From a virus: a stretch of DNA of 64,000 nucleotides. The stretch spans positions 1 to 64,000 of the IMG/VR virus record IMGVR_UViG_3300026549_001121; one strand, 5' to 3'. Positions 1-8,669 of this stretch are shown piece after piece (position 1 is the first letter of the stretch; the number at the start of each line of letters is the position of its first letter). A program made the position numbers and the translations under genes. The notes below the pieces were generated by a model. That model searched no databases. It was not told where the DNA came from and worked only from the letters and a program-made list of their open reading frames with translations.

Positions 1-9
1 ACGGTCGTT

Positions 10-55
10 AGCGAAAAAAAAAAAAAAAAAAAAGTGAGAAAAATCTCACTTCTTT
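10..55 (-). terminator. rho-independent terminator (hairpin GTGAGA..TCTCAC + T22 on minus strand) downstream of the SPFH gene
   Basis: 22-nt A run on plus strand (T run on minus) right after an inverted repeat. Confidence 0.6.
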
Positions 56-60
56 AAAAA

Positions 61-1545
61 TTAAGCGTTATTTGATTCTACGCTATCTGCTCCTGCCTTT
101 GCTCCCAAAAATCCGGCAAGCATTGTGCCCAAGTTAATTCCGGTAGAATCTTCTACCGCAGACATAACCTTTTGAACAGTTGTAGTAATATCTCCTACAA
201 GTTTTGCCTGATTACCTTCACCGTAGAAAGTAATTTTATCAACCTTAGACAATGGAGCAGCAGCAGCTGCAGTCATTTCAGGAAGAGCCTTCATGAGCAT
301 TTCAATAACTGATGCGTCTTTCATCTTTGCCTGAGCTTCAGCTTTCTTTTCGATACCAATAGCCTCAGCCTCACCTTTTAGACGAATTGCCTCAGCTTCA
401 GCTTCACCTTTTGCTTTGATTGCGGCAGCTTCTGCCTCAGCCGCATATTTAGTCGCATCGGCCTCTGCTTTACGAGCTTCTGCCTGTTTTTGAGCGACCA
501 TCAAATCAGCCTCAGCCTTTTTCTCTCTTTCGTACTTCTCGGCTTCTGCATCACGCTGAGCTGCCGCAAGTTTAGCCTCGGCTTCTTTTTCTCTTTCGTA
601 CTTGTCAGCATCGGCTTTCTTACGTACCAACGCAGTCAATTCATACTCTTTCAACTGAATTTCTTTTTGTTTAAGTTCAGCTTGTTTCTCTGCGGTTGCG
701 ATATCAGCCTCGGTTGAAGCAACATCTTTAAGTTTACGCTGATTCTGAGCCTCAATGCTCTTAGCTGCCTCAGCACGCGCTTTTTCTGTGTCAGCCTCTT
801 TTTGAAGTTCTGCCTGCTTAATTGCCAAATCGTTGTTTCGAATAGCAATCTCTTCAGCTGCCTTAACTTTTGCATCGTTTGCTTCCTTAGCATTATCTGC
901 TTCTGCAATCGCAATTTCTCTTTGCGCATTTGACTTCGCAATCGCCGCAGTCTTACGAATCTGCTCAACATTGTCAATACCTAGGTTGGTAATAACATCA
1001 TTATCGTCTGTAAAATTCTGAACATTGAAAGTTACAAGTTCAAGACCATATCTTGCCAAATCTGGTACAGCATTTTCTTGAACCTTTTCACTAAAAGCTT
1101 TACGGTTATTAACCATTTCAGTAAGCTTCATCTGTCCAACAATTTCACGAACGTTACCTTCCAAAAGGTCTACAATCTTTTGAGCAATATCTCTCCGATT
1201 TACGTTAAGAAAGTTTTGAGCGGCAAGCGCAATCATTTCAGGCGTACGTCCAACACGAACACTAACAGTAGAATCTACACGAATGTTGATATACTCTGCT
1301 GTTGGAACTGCGGAACTCGTTTTAACATCAATCTGAATTGCCCCTAGACTTAACTTATCCAATCGTTCAAAGAAAGGAATTTTAATTCCTGCTTTTCCGA
1401 TAAGAATTCGAGGTTTCTTGTGATGACCGGAAATAATGTACGCCATATCGGGTGGAGCCTTTACATATCCACTAATTAAGAGGATAATAAGACAAATTGC
1501 AACAATTCCACCGATAATGAAGGGAAGATAATTAACCATCTGCAT
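61..1545 (-). CDS. SPFH/band-7 (flotillin/YqiK-like) membrane protein
   Basis: N-terminal TM helix, SPFH core (…VKTSSAVPTAEYINIRVDSTVSVRV…), long Ala/Glu/Lys coiled-coil tail. Confidence 0.8.
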   Translation of the reverse strand: MQMVNYLPFIIGGIVAICLIILLISGYVKAPPDMAYIISGHHKKPRILIGKAGIKIPFFERLDKLSLGAIQIDVKTSSAVPTAEYINIRVDSTVSVRVGRTPEMIALAAQNFLNVNRRDIAQKIVDLLEGNVREIVGQMKLTEMVNNRKAFSEKVQENAVPDLARYGLELVTFNVQNFTDDNDVITNLGIDNVEQIRKTAAIAKSNAQREIAIAEADNAKEANDAKVKAAEEIAIRNNDLAIKQAELQKEADTEKARAEAAKSIEAQNQRKLKDVASTEADIATAEKQAELKQKEIQLKEYELTALVRKKADADKYEREKEAEAKLAAAQRDAEAEKYEREKKAEADLMVAQKQAEARKAEADATKYAAEAEAAAIKAKGEAEAEAIRLKGEAEAIGIEKKAEAQAKMKDASVIEMLMKALPEMTAAAAAPLSKVDKITFYGEGNQAKLVGDITTTVQKVMSAVEDSTGINLGTMLAGFLGAKAGADSVESNNA

Positions 1546-1577
1546 TCTCCTTTTATTAAATTGTAAAAATAATATAT

Positions 1578-2141
1578 TTATAACATAGACTTACATTCTG
1601 TTACTTTATTGTTCATATCTTCAATTACTTGATCAATATGAACAGGAGTACAATTATGTGAGTCTTGTCCTACGTGATACATAAAAGGTATATCTTGATA
1701 AAAATTAGTCTGTTGATGGGTATGCCCATACAAATTACATGTACCCTGTTTAAGACTTTCATTTTCCAAATTTCCAGTAAAACATGGATAATGAGTCATA
1801 AAAAAATGATAACCTTTATATTTAAGTGCGGCGGCAAGTTCAACACTCTCAATCTTTGAACATTCTTTATATAATGCTACTCGGGTTGGAGTATCGTGAT
1901 TGCCTAAGACGATAGAAATATGACCATTCAAAGACTGCAATAACCGCATTCCTTTTTCATTGTCATTGAGCATAATATCTCCAAGGACATATATAGTATC
2001 TTCAGGTTGAACCACTTGATTCCACCTTTGAACGATCGCCGCATTCATATCTTGCACATTCGAGAACCCTCTTGGTTCATATAAAAAGGCTCTGTCATGG
2101 CAGAAGTGAAGGTCGCTTGTGAAAAAAATATTCCCACTCAT
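1578..2141 (-). CDS. calcineurin-like metallophosphoesterase
   Basis: SDLHF…GDI…GNHD…GHTH metal-binding motifs. Confidence 0.75.
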   Translation of the reverse strand: MSGNIFFTSDLHFCHDRAFLYEPRGFSNVQDMNAAIVQRWNQVVQPEDTIYVLGDIMLNDNEKGMRLLQSLNGHISIVLGNHDTPTRVALYKECSKIESVELAAALKYKGYHFFMTHYPCFTGNLENESLKQGTCNLYGHTHQQTNFYQDIPFMYHVGQDSHNCTPVHIDQVIEDMNNKVTECKSML

Positions 2142-2163
2142 TTAATATCACCTTTTTTCTTAT

Positions 2164-2460
2164 TTAAGCATATAATATTTCTTTTGTTGAATTTTTTAAA
2201 TATTGAATAGATTGTATTGCTTCTTCTTTAAATAAACCTTTTTCAAAATCTTCTTGAAATTTAATTTTTTCATCTAAATTTCTAATTTCAATATGGTTTA
2301 CGGTTAATTGACAGTGGGGGCAATATAATGCCTTTCGATGATTTTTACTGTATAAATGACTTTTATTTCGCCATATCGGAATTCCCTTTTGCCCACAATT
2401 TAAACAATAAAAAGAATGATCTTCATATTTTTTTATAGTATTTTTTTTAAATTTGCCCAT
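2164..2460 (-). CDS. hypothetical Zn-finger protein
   Basis: CxxC…CxxC pairs; intact ORF. Confidence 0.5.
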   Translation of the reverse strand: MGKFKKNTIKKYEDHSFYCLNCGQKGIPIWRNKSHLYSKNHRKALYCPHCQLTVNHIEIRNLDEKIKFQEDFEKGLFKEEAIQSIQYLKNSTKEILYA

Positions 2461-2466
2461 AGTAAA

Positions 2467-3180
2467 TCACTCTCCTTTGCTATACAATGGGATTGCTTTC
2501 ATTTCATCCAAATCGTATAAAACAGTTTGATTGGTATAAAAAACTCCATTATCAATATCAATTTTATGTCCATTACAATATTCTCTTGCTTCTGGACCCT
2601 TTTTGCTTTTAGACTCTCCCAATCTATCTATTAAATAGGGGATAGGAGTATGACCGTGAATACAAATATCGTTTGGATAAACATCTTCATCCCAAGAAGA
2701 GTGAAAATGAGAACGACTCCAAAGAAGCTCTTCGCCCCATATTTCATTTTTGTGACCACAGGTATATCCAGCGTGGCTCATATGAAATGTGATTCCTTTT
2801 TCATTTGTATATTCGGCTGTAAGAGGAAGATTATCTAAGCGCGCAATCCACCTTTCATCACGACCATCCGCAATCCATTCATCAAATGTCGCATCGCCGC
2901 CATTATTAAACCAAATATATAAAGGAGTATCATACATATAGCCATTAACAACTGCTTGCTTTTGGCGCAAAGCTTTAACCATCATATCTTCGTGGTTGCC
3001 TTTAAGATAAATCCATTGAGGATTATTATAAATAGCTTTTATACATTTAAAATTAGCGTAGCCCCTGTCTCCGGCATCGCCCAAGAAATATACAACATCA
3101 TCTGGTTGTAGCATATCACAGACCTGTTCATAAATATCATATATTCCGTGAATATCGGCTATTGCGTAGTGTTTTGGCAT
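2467..3180 (-). CDS. Ser/Thr protein phosphatase (PPP family, lambda-phosphatase/ApaH-like)
   Basis: DIHG…GDxxDRG…GNHE motifs. Confidence 0.8.
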   Translation of the reverse strand: MPKHYAIADIHGIYDIYEQVCDMLQPDDVVYFLGDAGDRGYANFKCIKAIYNNPQWIYLKGNHEDMMVKALRQKQAVVNGYMYDTPLYIWFNNGGDATFDEWIADGRDERWIARLDNLPLTAEYTNEKGITFHMSHAGYTCGHKNEIWGEELLWSRSHFHSSWDEDVYPNDICIHGHTPIPYLIDRLGESKSKKGPEAREYCNGHKIDIDNGVFYTNQTVLYDLDEMKAIPLYSKGE

Positions 3181-3195
3181 ATTATTTCCCTCCTC

Positions 3196-3576
3196 TCAAC
3201 CAAAAAGTTTTGTTTTAGGAATCCATTTTACTTTTTTCCAGTTAGTTGTGTCATTTTTTACAAGAGAAATATCATTCCAAACTTCGGAATACTCAGCAAT
3301 AAAAGTATTCGCTTTTTCAAACAATCTCCATCCCATATCATAATTATCTATGATAAATTCCCAATAAAGACCAGTTTTTAAATCTCTTGCTTCTACTACC
3401 GCAGTAAGCATTCCACCAGAACCGTCGTCAAAACGACTCCAATAAGCATTTGTTTGTCTAAAAACAAACCTTCCTCGCCAAAGATTGTCAGCTAAAATAG
3501 CATTATTTAAACGACGTAAATTCTTATTTATTTTTCTTTGCGCTTTTTTTCTTTGTTTATCTTTCATACAAAACAC
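3196..3576 (-). CDS. hypothetical protein
   Basis: intact ORF in operon, promoter repeat upstream at 3597-3637. Confidence 0.5.
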   Translation of the reverse strand: MFCMKDKQRKKAQRKINKNLRRLNNAILADNLWRGRFVFRQTNAYWSRFDDGSGGMLTAVVEARDLKTGLYWEFIIDNYDMGWRLFEKANTFIAEYSEVWNDISLVKNDTTNWKKVKWIPKTKLFG

Positions 3577-3596
3577 CTCATTTTATTATTTTTTTA

Positions 3597-3637
3597 TTTT
3601 CTATATATATTATATTATATTTTTTTATAAAAATCAA
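3597..3637 (-). promoter_or_regulatory. sigma70-type promoter repeat (TTGATT-17-TATAAT on minus strand)
   Basis: Copy of conserved ~45-bp motif TTTTCTATATATATTATAtAATATTTTTTTATAAAAATCAA. Confidence 0.6.
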
Positions 3638-3659
3638 AAAAAATAATAAGTGCTAAAAA

Positions 3660-3971
3660 TTAACACTTATTATTCTCTTGATAATATATGTGTTGTCCAC
3701 AATATGGACAATAATTAAATTTTTTTTCTTTATCTTTTAACATATTTAAACAAGTTGGACAGTGAAAAACATCATATGAAAATCCAACTTCTTTTAAGGA
3801 TTTTTTTCTTAATGTATCTAAGATAAAATCATAATGATTTATAAGTTTATCAATGGGTTCATTATAAGATGAGGGATCTTTTTTAACCATTTTACTACTC
3901 CTTACGTCTTTTAAAGTCTTTATTATACGATTTACAAAAAGGACATTGGTCATATTGATAATTATATCCAC
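3660..3971 (-). CDS. hypothetical Zn-ribbon protein
   Basis: CPTC…CPYCG motif. Confidence 0.5.
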   Translation of the reverse strand: MDIIINMTNVLFVNRIIKTLKDVRSSKMVKKDPSSYNEPIDKLINHYDFILDTLRKKSLKEVGFSYDVFHCPTCLNMLKDKEKKFNYCPYCGQHIYYQENNKC

Positions 3972-4337
3972 CTAAAAAGGCATAGTTTGTAAAACAATTA
4001 GAACAAATTATTTCCTATATATAATAATTATTTTCATAATATTCTTTACCATATAACCAAAAACCTTCTTCATTCACTATTCTCATAAAAAATATCTCCC
4101 TTAAAAAATAATTATATTACATTCTTTTCATTGTATTAATTACACTGTCATAATAAGTATCGCAATCCTCTTGGTTTGGATAAGATACTATAAATGGTTT
4201 TTCTGTTGCTCGAAAATAAAGAATTATACGATTTAACTCTTTTTGTATGGCAACAACTTGATCTAAGCGAACAACAGTATCATATCTATCTCCAAAAGAA
4301 AACATCATCATATAAATAATAACCTTTCTATTTAATT

Positions 4338-4811
4338 TTATTTATCATTATTAAGAATTTCATAAATAAAAGAGTCTACTAATTCACCCTTTAAGTTACG
4401 AGTAACATCATGGAGTCTATGAGTGAAACCATCATAATGAGCGCAAAATTTATCATACATTAATTTGATAGGGTTGTCTCCCACCACTGCCCATTCTAAT
4501 TTATGATAAGTTTTTATGAGTTCTTTTAATTTATAATATATATCAATGCCAACTATTGGATTTCCTTTATCAAATGATATTAAACCAAAATTATGTGCTG
4601 TATTGGTTAAACTAAACACTTGATATGAGAAAAAGCCAATTACATTATCTTCTTTATCGACAATAGCATAATTATATCTTCCATCTTCAACTTCAATTTC
4701 GGGAAGTTCTGTACTGGGATATCCACAATAAAAATAATAATCTTCAGTATATAATATAGAAGTAAATTTTTCTATTAAAATATCTTTATATATAGCAGCA
4801 GGCTTTAGCAT
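4338..4811 (-). CDS. hypothetical protein
   Basis: ORF. Confidence 0.45.
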   Translation of the reverse strand: MLKPAAIYKDILIEKFTSILYTEDYYFYCGYPSTELPEIEVEDGRYNYAIVDKEDNVIGFFSYQVFSLTNTAHNFGLISFDKGNPIVGIDIYYKLKELIKTYHKLEWAVVGDNPIKLMYDKFCAHYDGFTHRLHDVTRNLKGELVDSFIYEILNNDK

Positions 4812-5026
4812 ATTATTCTCCTTTAATAACAGTAAATGTTTTTAACATATCGTGCGCCAAAAGATTTAAATCTACATCATATGCTGATATATCTAAATTA
4901 TTATCATTAAGGTAGTCGTCGATAAAATTAGATATAGATTCACCATACCAGCACCAATTATCTACGCCGCCTGCCTGTAATGCGTTACATAGCATTTGAT
5001 TTTCTAACAATTCAATTAGTTGATCT

Positions 5027-5872
5027 TCAGGAATTTGATACATTTTCATTGTTATAATCTTCCCTTTCTTGTAAAATAATATCGGACATATAAAAATTTT
5101 TACTTTTATCAAGCCACCAATCTAACTCATGAGAAATATGATATTTTTGCCATCTTTCCCAAACATCTTCTATATTTTCTGTATCTGTATAAAATTGTTC
5201 AACATATGGACGTTCAATACGGTCAGCGTGATAATGTGCAAAACACCAGATTTTCCATGTAAAACATTGTCCAATTTCTTCTAAAAACAATTCCATACTT
5301 TTGTCTACTGTAGATTGATTTACACTATTTAAAAATAAATCAGATGGTTCCCAACAGATAGGACAAGTATGAGTGAGTACAAAGTCTACATTTTGATTGG
5401 TTAAATCAATCGTACATTGTAACATTTCTTCCGTGGAAAGTTGTTCATTTTTAAACCAGACATAATGATTTTGGAGTCTATACCATTTATCTACAGAATA
5501 TGCACCGCCAATAACCGCAACCGTAAATCGCCCCAAAGTATAAATACCCCAGTCTTTAAAATATCTGATATTAGGCCATTGCTTTTGAATATAAACTTCG
5601 CCTTTAACATCTTCATCATAAATTAATTCCATATCTGGAACATCTTGCGGTCGAGCGTCATGGTTACCTCGAACGCAGTAAATGCGAAATTTATAATTTT
5701 CTTTCAAGGAATTTTTTGTATGAGAATCTTGCTCGTTTAAAGTCCAATTCAGTCCAGCATCTCCCAGTATAACAATAGCAGTATTTGGATCTTGCTGAAT
5801 TTCTTTGTCATAATTTTTAAATCGAGTAAAAACACCATGACAATCCCCTGTCAATAAGATTCTATTTAACAT
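5027..5872 (-). CDS. calcineurin-like metallophosphoesterase
   Basis: GDCHG…GDAG…GNHD…HYH motifs. Confidence 0.7.
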   Translation of the reverse strand: MLNRILLTGDCHGVFTRFKNYDKEIQQDPNTAIVILGDAGLNWTLNEQDSHTKNSLKENYKFRIYCVRGNHDARPQDVPDMELIYDEDVKGEVYIQKQWPNIRYFKDWGIYTLGRFTVAVIGGAYSVDKWYRLQNHYVWFKNEQLSTEEMLQCTIDLTNQNVDFVLTHTCPICWEPSDLFLNSVNQSTVDKSMELFLEEIGQCFTWKIWCFAHYHADRIERPYVEQFYTDTENIEDVWERWQKYHISHELDWWLDKSKNFYMSDIILQEREDYNNENVSNS

Positions 5873-6284
5873 TTCTTATCGCCGTCCTTTTTCTTTATAG
5901 TTTTTTCCTCGTTTTTTTGCTATTATACTTTTTAATATTTTACAACCTCCGCAATGATTTCTATTATTACAAAACCAACAATTATCAGTATCTATTGAAA
6001 ACCATTTTGGAGGTTGAGGACGCATTTTTATTTTTCTTTTAGTTTTAATGGGCATTGAATATGTTTACCTACTTCTAAGACTTTTCCAATACCAAAGGCG
6101 CAGTCAGTAAAGTCATTATCTTTATAATTATATGAAGTAAAAGAACATTCCTTACAGCCTTTTGGCATCTTTTGTTTATCGGTAATTAAATAGTTTATAT
6201 GATAATTACATTCTTCCCGAAAAATTGCTCTGAATTTTTCAAAAGTATCTAAATATTCATCTTCTATGTAAAAATACTGTCCCA

Positions 6285-6710
6285 TTATTTATTCCACCAC
6301 GCCACAAAAGCCGTTTCTTGCGGACAGTCGCTAAAATCATACCAGTTTATGTCACCAACTTTATTACCATAAAGGTCGATATAAATACCATCTCCATCAG
6401 AAGGGATAACACCTCCGTGGGCGGCGCATAAAAAGAACTCGTCTTTTAAAAAAATATCTGCGTCAGAAAGTTCTTCCTTTATAAATAATAATTTTATTGC
6501 TTGAGCATATAACGTTTCATATTCTACTGCTTTTTTATTAAATGTAGGAACATCAATCTTTTCGTTGTTTAAAGCAGTTTTTAAATTTTCGACTGACTCA
6601 TGATAACTGTATAACATATTTTTTATTTTATATATGTCATCGGGTACAACATCTGTTTTTAATTCTATTTCTGCTGGTTTGGCCCAACCTTCTGGATAAT
6701 ATTCAGTCAT
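6285..6710 (-). CDS. hypothetical protein, tandem paralog A
   Basis: MTEYYPEGWAKP… 141 aa; paralog of 6756-7184. Confidence 0.55.
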   Translation of the reverse strand: MTEYYPEGWAKPAEIELKTDVVPDDIYKIKNMLYSYHESVENLKTALNNEKIDVPTFNKKAVEYETLYAQAIKLLFIKEELSDADIFLKDEFFLCAAHGGVIPSDGDGIYIDLYGNKVGDINWYDFSDCPQETAFVAWWNK

Positions 6711-6755
6711 TAAAGTCCTCCTTATATTAATCTTTTATGTAAAAATATTGGCTTA

Positions 6756-7184
6756 TTATTTATTATACCACGATACAAAAACTGCTTCATCTGGATAATC
6801 ATCTAAGTTACTCCAATTAATATAACCAACTTCTTTTCCAAAAAGGTCTATAAAATATCCTGATCCATCATACGGTATAAAACCACCGCTTTTTGCCGCC
6901 GCAATAAAATCTTCAACTAAGAATATATCTCCAACTTCTTGAGAAAATAATAATTTTACGGCTTGAGCAAATAAAAGTTCGTAAACATCTTTGTCTGCGT
7001 AATATTTAGAAATATCAATTTCTTTGTTTTTATAAGATGTTTTTAATTCTTCAATTTTTTTTCTGTAATTGTATAGTAGATTTTCTATATCATCAACTGT
7101 CGGGAAATATGGTTTATATTCTTGTATTTCTGCTTCTAGTTCTTCTCTAGTTGGTTTAACCCAACCTTTTGAATATTCAGTCAT
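6756..7184 (-). CDS. hypothetical protein, tandem paralog B
   Basis: MTEYSKGWVKP… 142 aa; same length and motif order as neighbour. Confidence 0.55.
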   Translation of the reverse strand: MTEYSKGWVKPTREELEAEIQEYKPYFPTVDDIENLLYNYRKKIEELKTSYKNKEIDISKYYADKDVYELLFAQAVKLLFSQEVGDIFLVEDFIAAAKSGGFIPYDGSGYFIDLFGKEVGYINWSNLDDYPDEAVFVSWYNK

Positions 7185-7992
7185 TAAAGTCCTCCTTAAT
7201 TGAAATTTTCATAATTTGATATGCTACATCGTCAAGCAATTCATCAATTTCTTGATTAATTGGAGTATTTTTATTTTTTTCGATATATTCATCACACATT
7301 TGATGGATGTTATCATATGTTGTTTTACCTAATTCTCGAGCCTCTTCTAAAGAGTGAATACCAGTTTTTACCGCTTTTAAATATTCGGAGTGCCTCGTAT
7401 GTAAGCAATCTTCATATGATTCTCCCGCAATATACCTTTTTAAATATTCTTCTACTCTTAACAGGTGGTGTAACTGTTTTGGATCATATCCGAATTTATG
7501 AATCCACTCCATACGTGCAGGATAGTGGTGCTCCATAGCAAAATATTTTTCAGACGCAATACCCATCATTGATTTTACGCTGCGTACAGAATCATAATGG
7601 GTAATTGCTTCTCGATTTTCCACCAATCGATTCCATTGAGCAAGAAATTTTTCATTAGGAAAGACTGTATATGGAGTAAACAAAATTTCAAGAAAGTTCA
7701 AATTTTGTTTACGAAAGGTTTGAACATATAAACGAATATCCTTTAAATCAATATGTTCGTCATTTTTGCGAATGTGCGTTGTACTAAGTGGTTTACGATT
7801 TAGGGCGATTTCTTTAAAATCAGGGGTTACAATACATTTAGTATCTACATCAGAGCCTTCATAATCTAACCCATAATTACCACTTCCTTGATAAAATACT
7901 CCTACAATATGTGAAGGGTTAACCAAAGTTTTAGCCTCTTCATAGTGCTCATTTACTTGATTTAAAATCCATTCATCAGAATGAAAATTCAT
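7177..7992 (-). CDS. nucleotidyltransferase-fold protein
   Basis: GSGNYGL…GSDVD (GS…DxD Pol-beta-type motif). Confidence 0.5.
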   Translation of the reverse strand: MNFHSDEWILNQVNEHYEEAKTLVNPSHIVGVFYQGSGNYGLDYEGSDVDTKCIVTPDFKEIALNRKPLSTTHIRKNDEHIDLKDIRLYVQTFRKQNLNFLEILFTPYTVFPNEKFLAQWNRLVENREAITHYDSVRSVKSMMGIASEKYFAMEHHYPARMEWIHKFGYDPKQLHHLLRVEEYLKRYIAGESYEDCLHTRHSEYLKAVKTGIHSLEEARELGKTTYDNIHQMCDEYIEKNKNTPINQEIDELLDDVAYQIMKISIKEDFND

Positions 7993-8223
7993 TCAGAATC
8001 TCCTCCCTTCCCTTGTTAGTAAACCAATAAACATTTCTGTTACAGGTAGGATCTTTAGACTGCGCTACAAAACCTTTTGACGCCAGAGGACGCAGAATAC
8101 TAGATGCCGCCTGAGGAGAGATAACTTCTCCAAACATTTGATAGGCATAATCATGAATTTGAACACCACTTACGCAAGGGTGCTGTTTCATAACGCTAAA
8201 TACAATTTCTTTATTAGTCATAA

Positions 8224-8577
8224 TTAATCCTCCTTATAAAGTTCAGGGTATTCATCTTTCCAATCTTTTATCCATTTTGAACTGTAATGGCACCAAAATC
8301 TTTCTCCGTCTTCATCCTCTGCTACAATACCAATATCAAGCAAAGTTCCTGGTTTAAGTGATTTTAGTTTAAAATATCCAAGAATAATCAGATGATATTT
8401 GTCAAGATTTTGAGCAAATTCGTAAGGATCGCAACCAATCCATCCATTCCACATTTCATGGCAAGTTCCGCCGTCATCATATAGTTCATGCTCTAGCGCC
8501 AGCGCAACTTTTTTAGCCAATGTAGATTTACAATCTGCAAGAAATACTTTTTTGAATTTCATTAATATCACCACCAT
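8224..8577 (-). CDS. hypothetical protein
   Basis: ORF preceded by promoter repeat 8581-8624. Confidence 0.45.
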   Translation of the reverse strand: MVVILMKFKKVFLADCKSTLAKKVALALEHELYDDGGTCHEMWNGWIGCDPYEFAQNLDKYHLIILGYFKLKSLKPGTLLDIGIVAEDEDGERFWCHYSSKWIKDWKDEYPELYKED

Positions 8578-8580
8578 ATT

Positions 8581-8624
8581 TTTTCTATATATATTATAAT
8601 ATATTTTTTATAAAAAATCAAAAA
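8581..8624 (-). promoter_or_regulatory. promoter repeat copy
   Basis: Same motif. Confidence 0.6.
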
Positions 8625-8652
8625 ACCGATTGTTAATTAACAATCGGTTTTT
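8618..8652. terminator. bidirectional hairpin terminator
   Basis: AAAAAACCGATTGTTAATTAACAATCGGTTTTTTT perfect palindrome with A/T runs. Confidence 0.6.
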
Positions 8653-8669
8653 TTAATTAAACTAAAAAA

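Noticed and set aside
490-1347. Plus-strand track ORFs inside the SPFH gene (490-717, 833-1021, 1078-1347)
   Set aside because: Low-complexity antisense frames of the Ala/Glu/Lys coiled-coil; same reasoning for other short antisense ORFs (8821-9131, 21003-21542, 25343-26356, 36060-36254, 56809-57159, 62277-63341).
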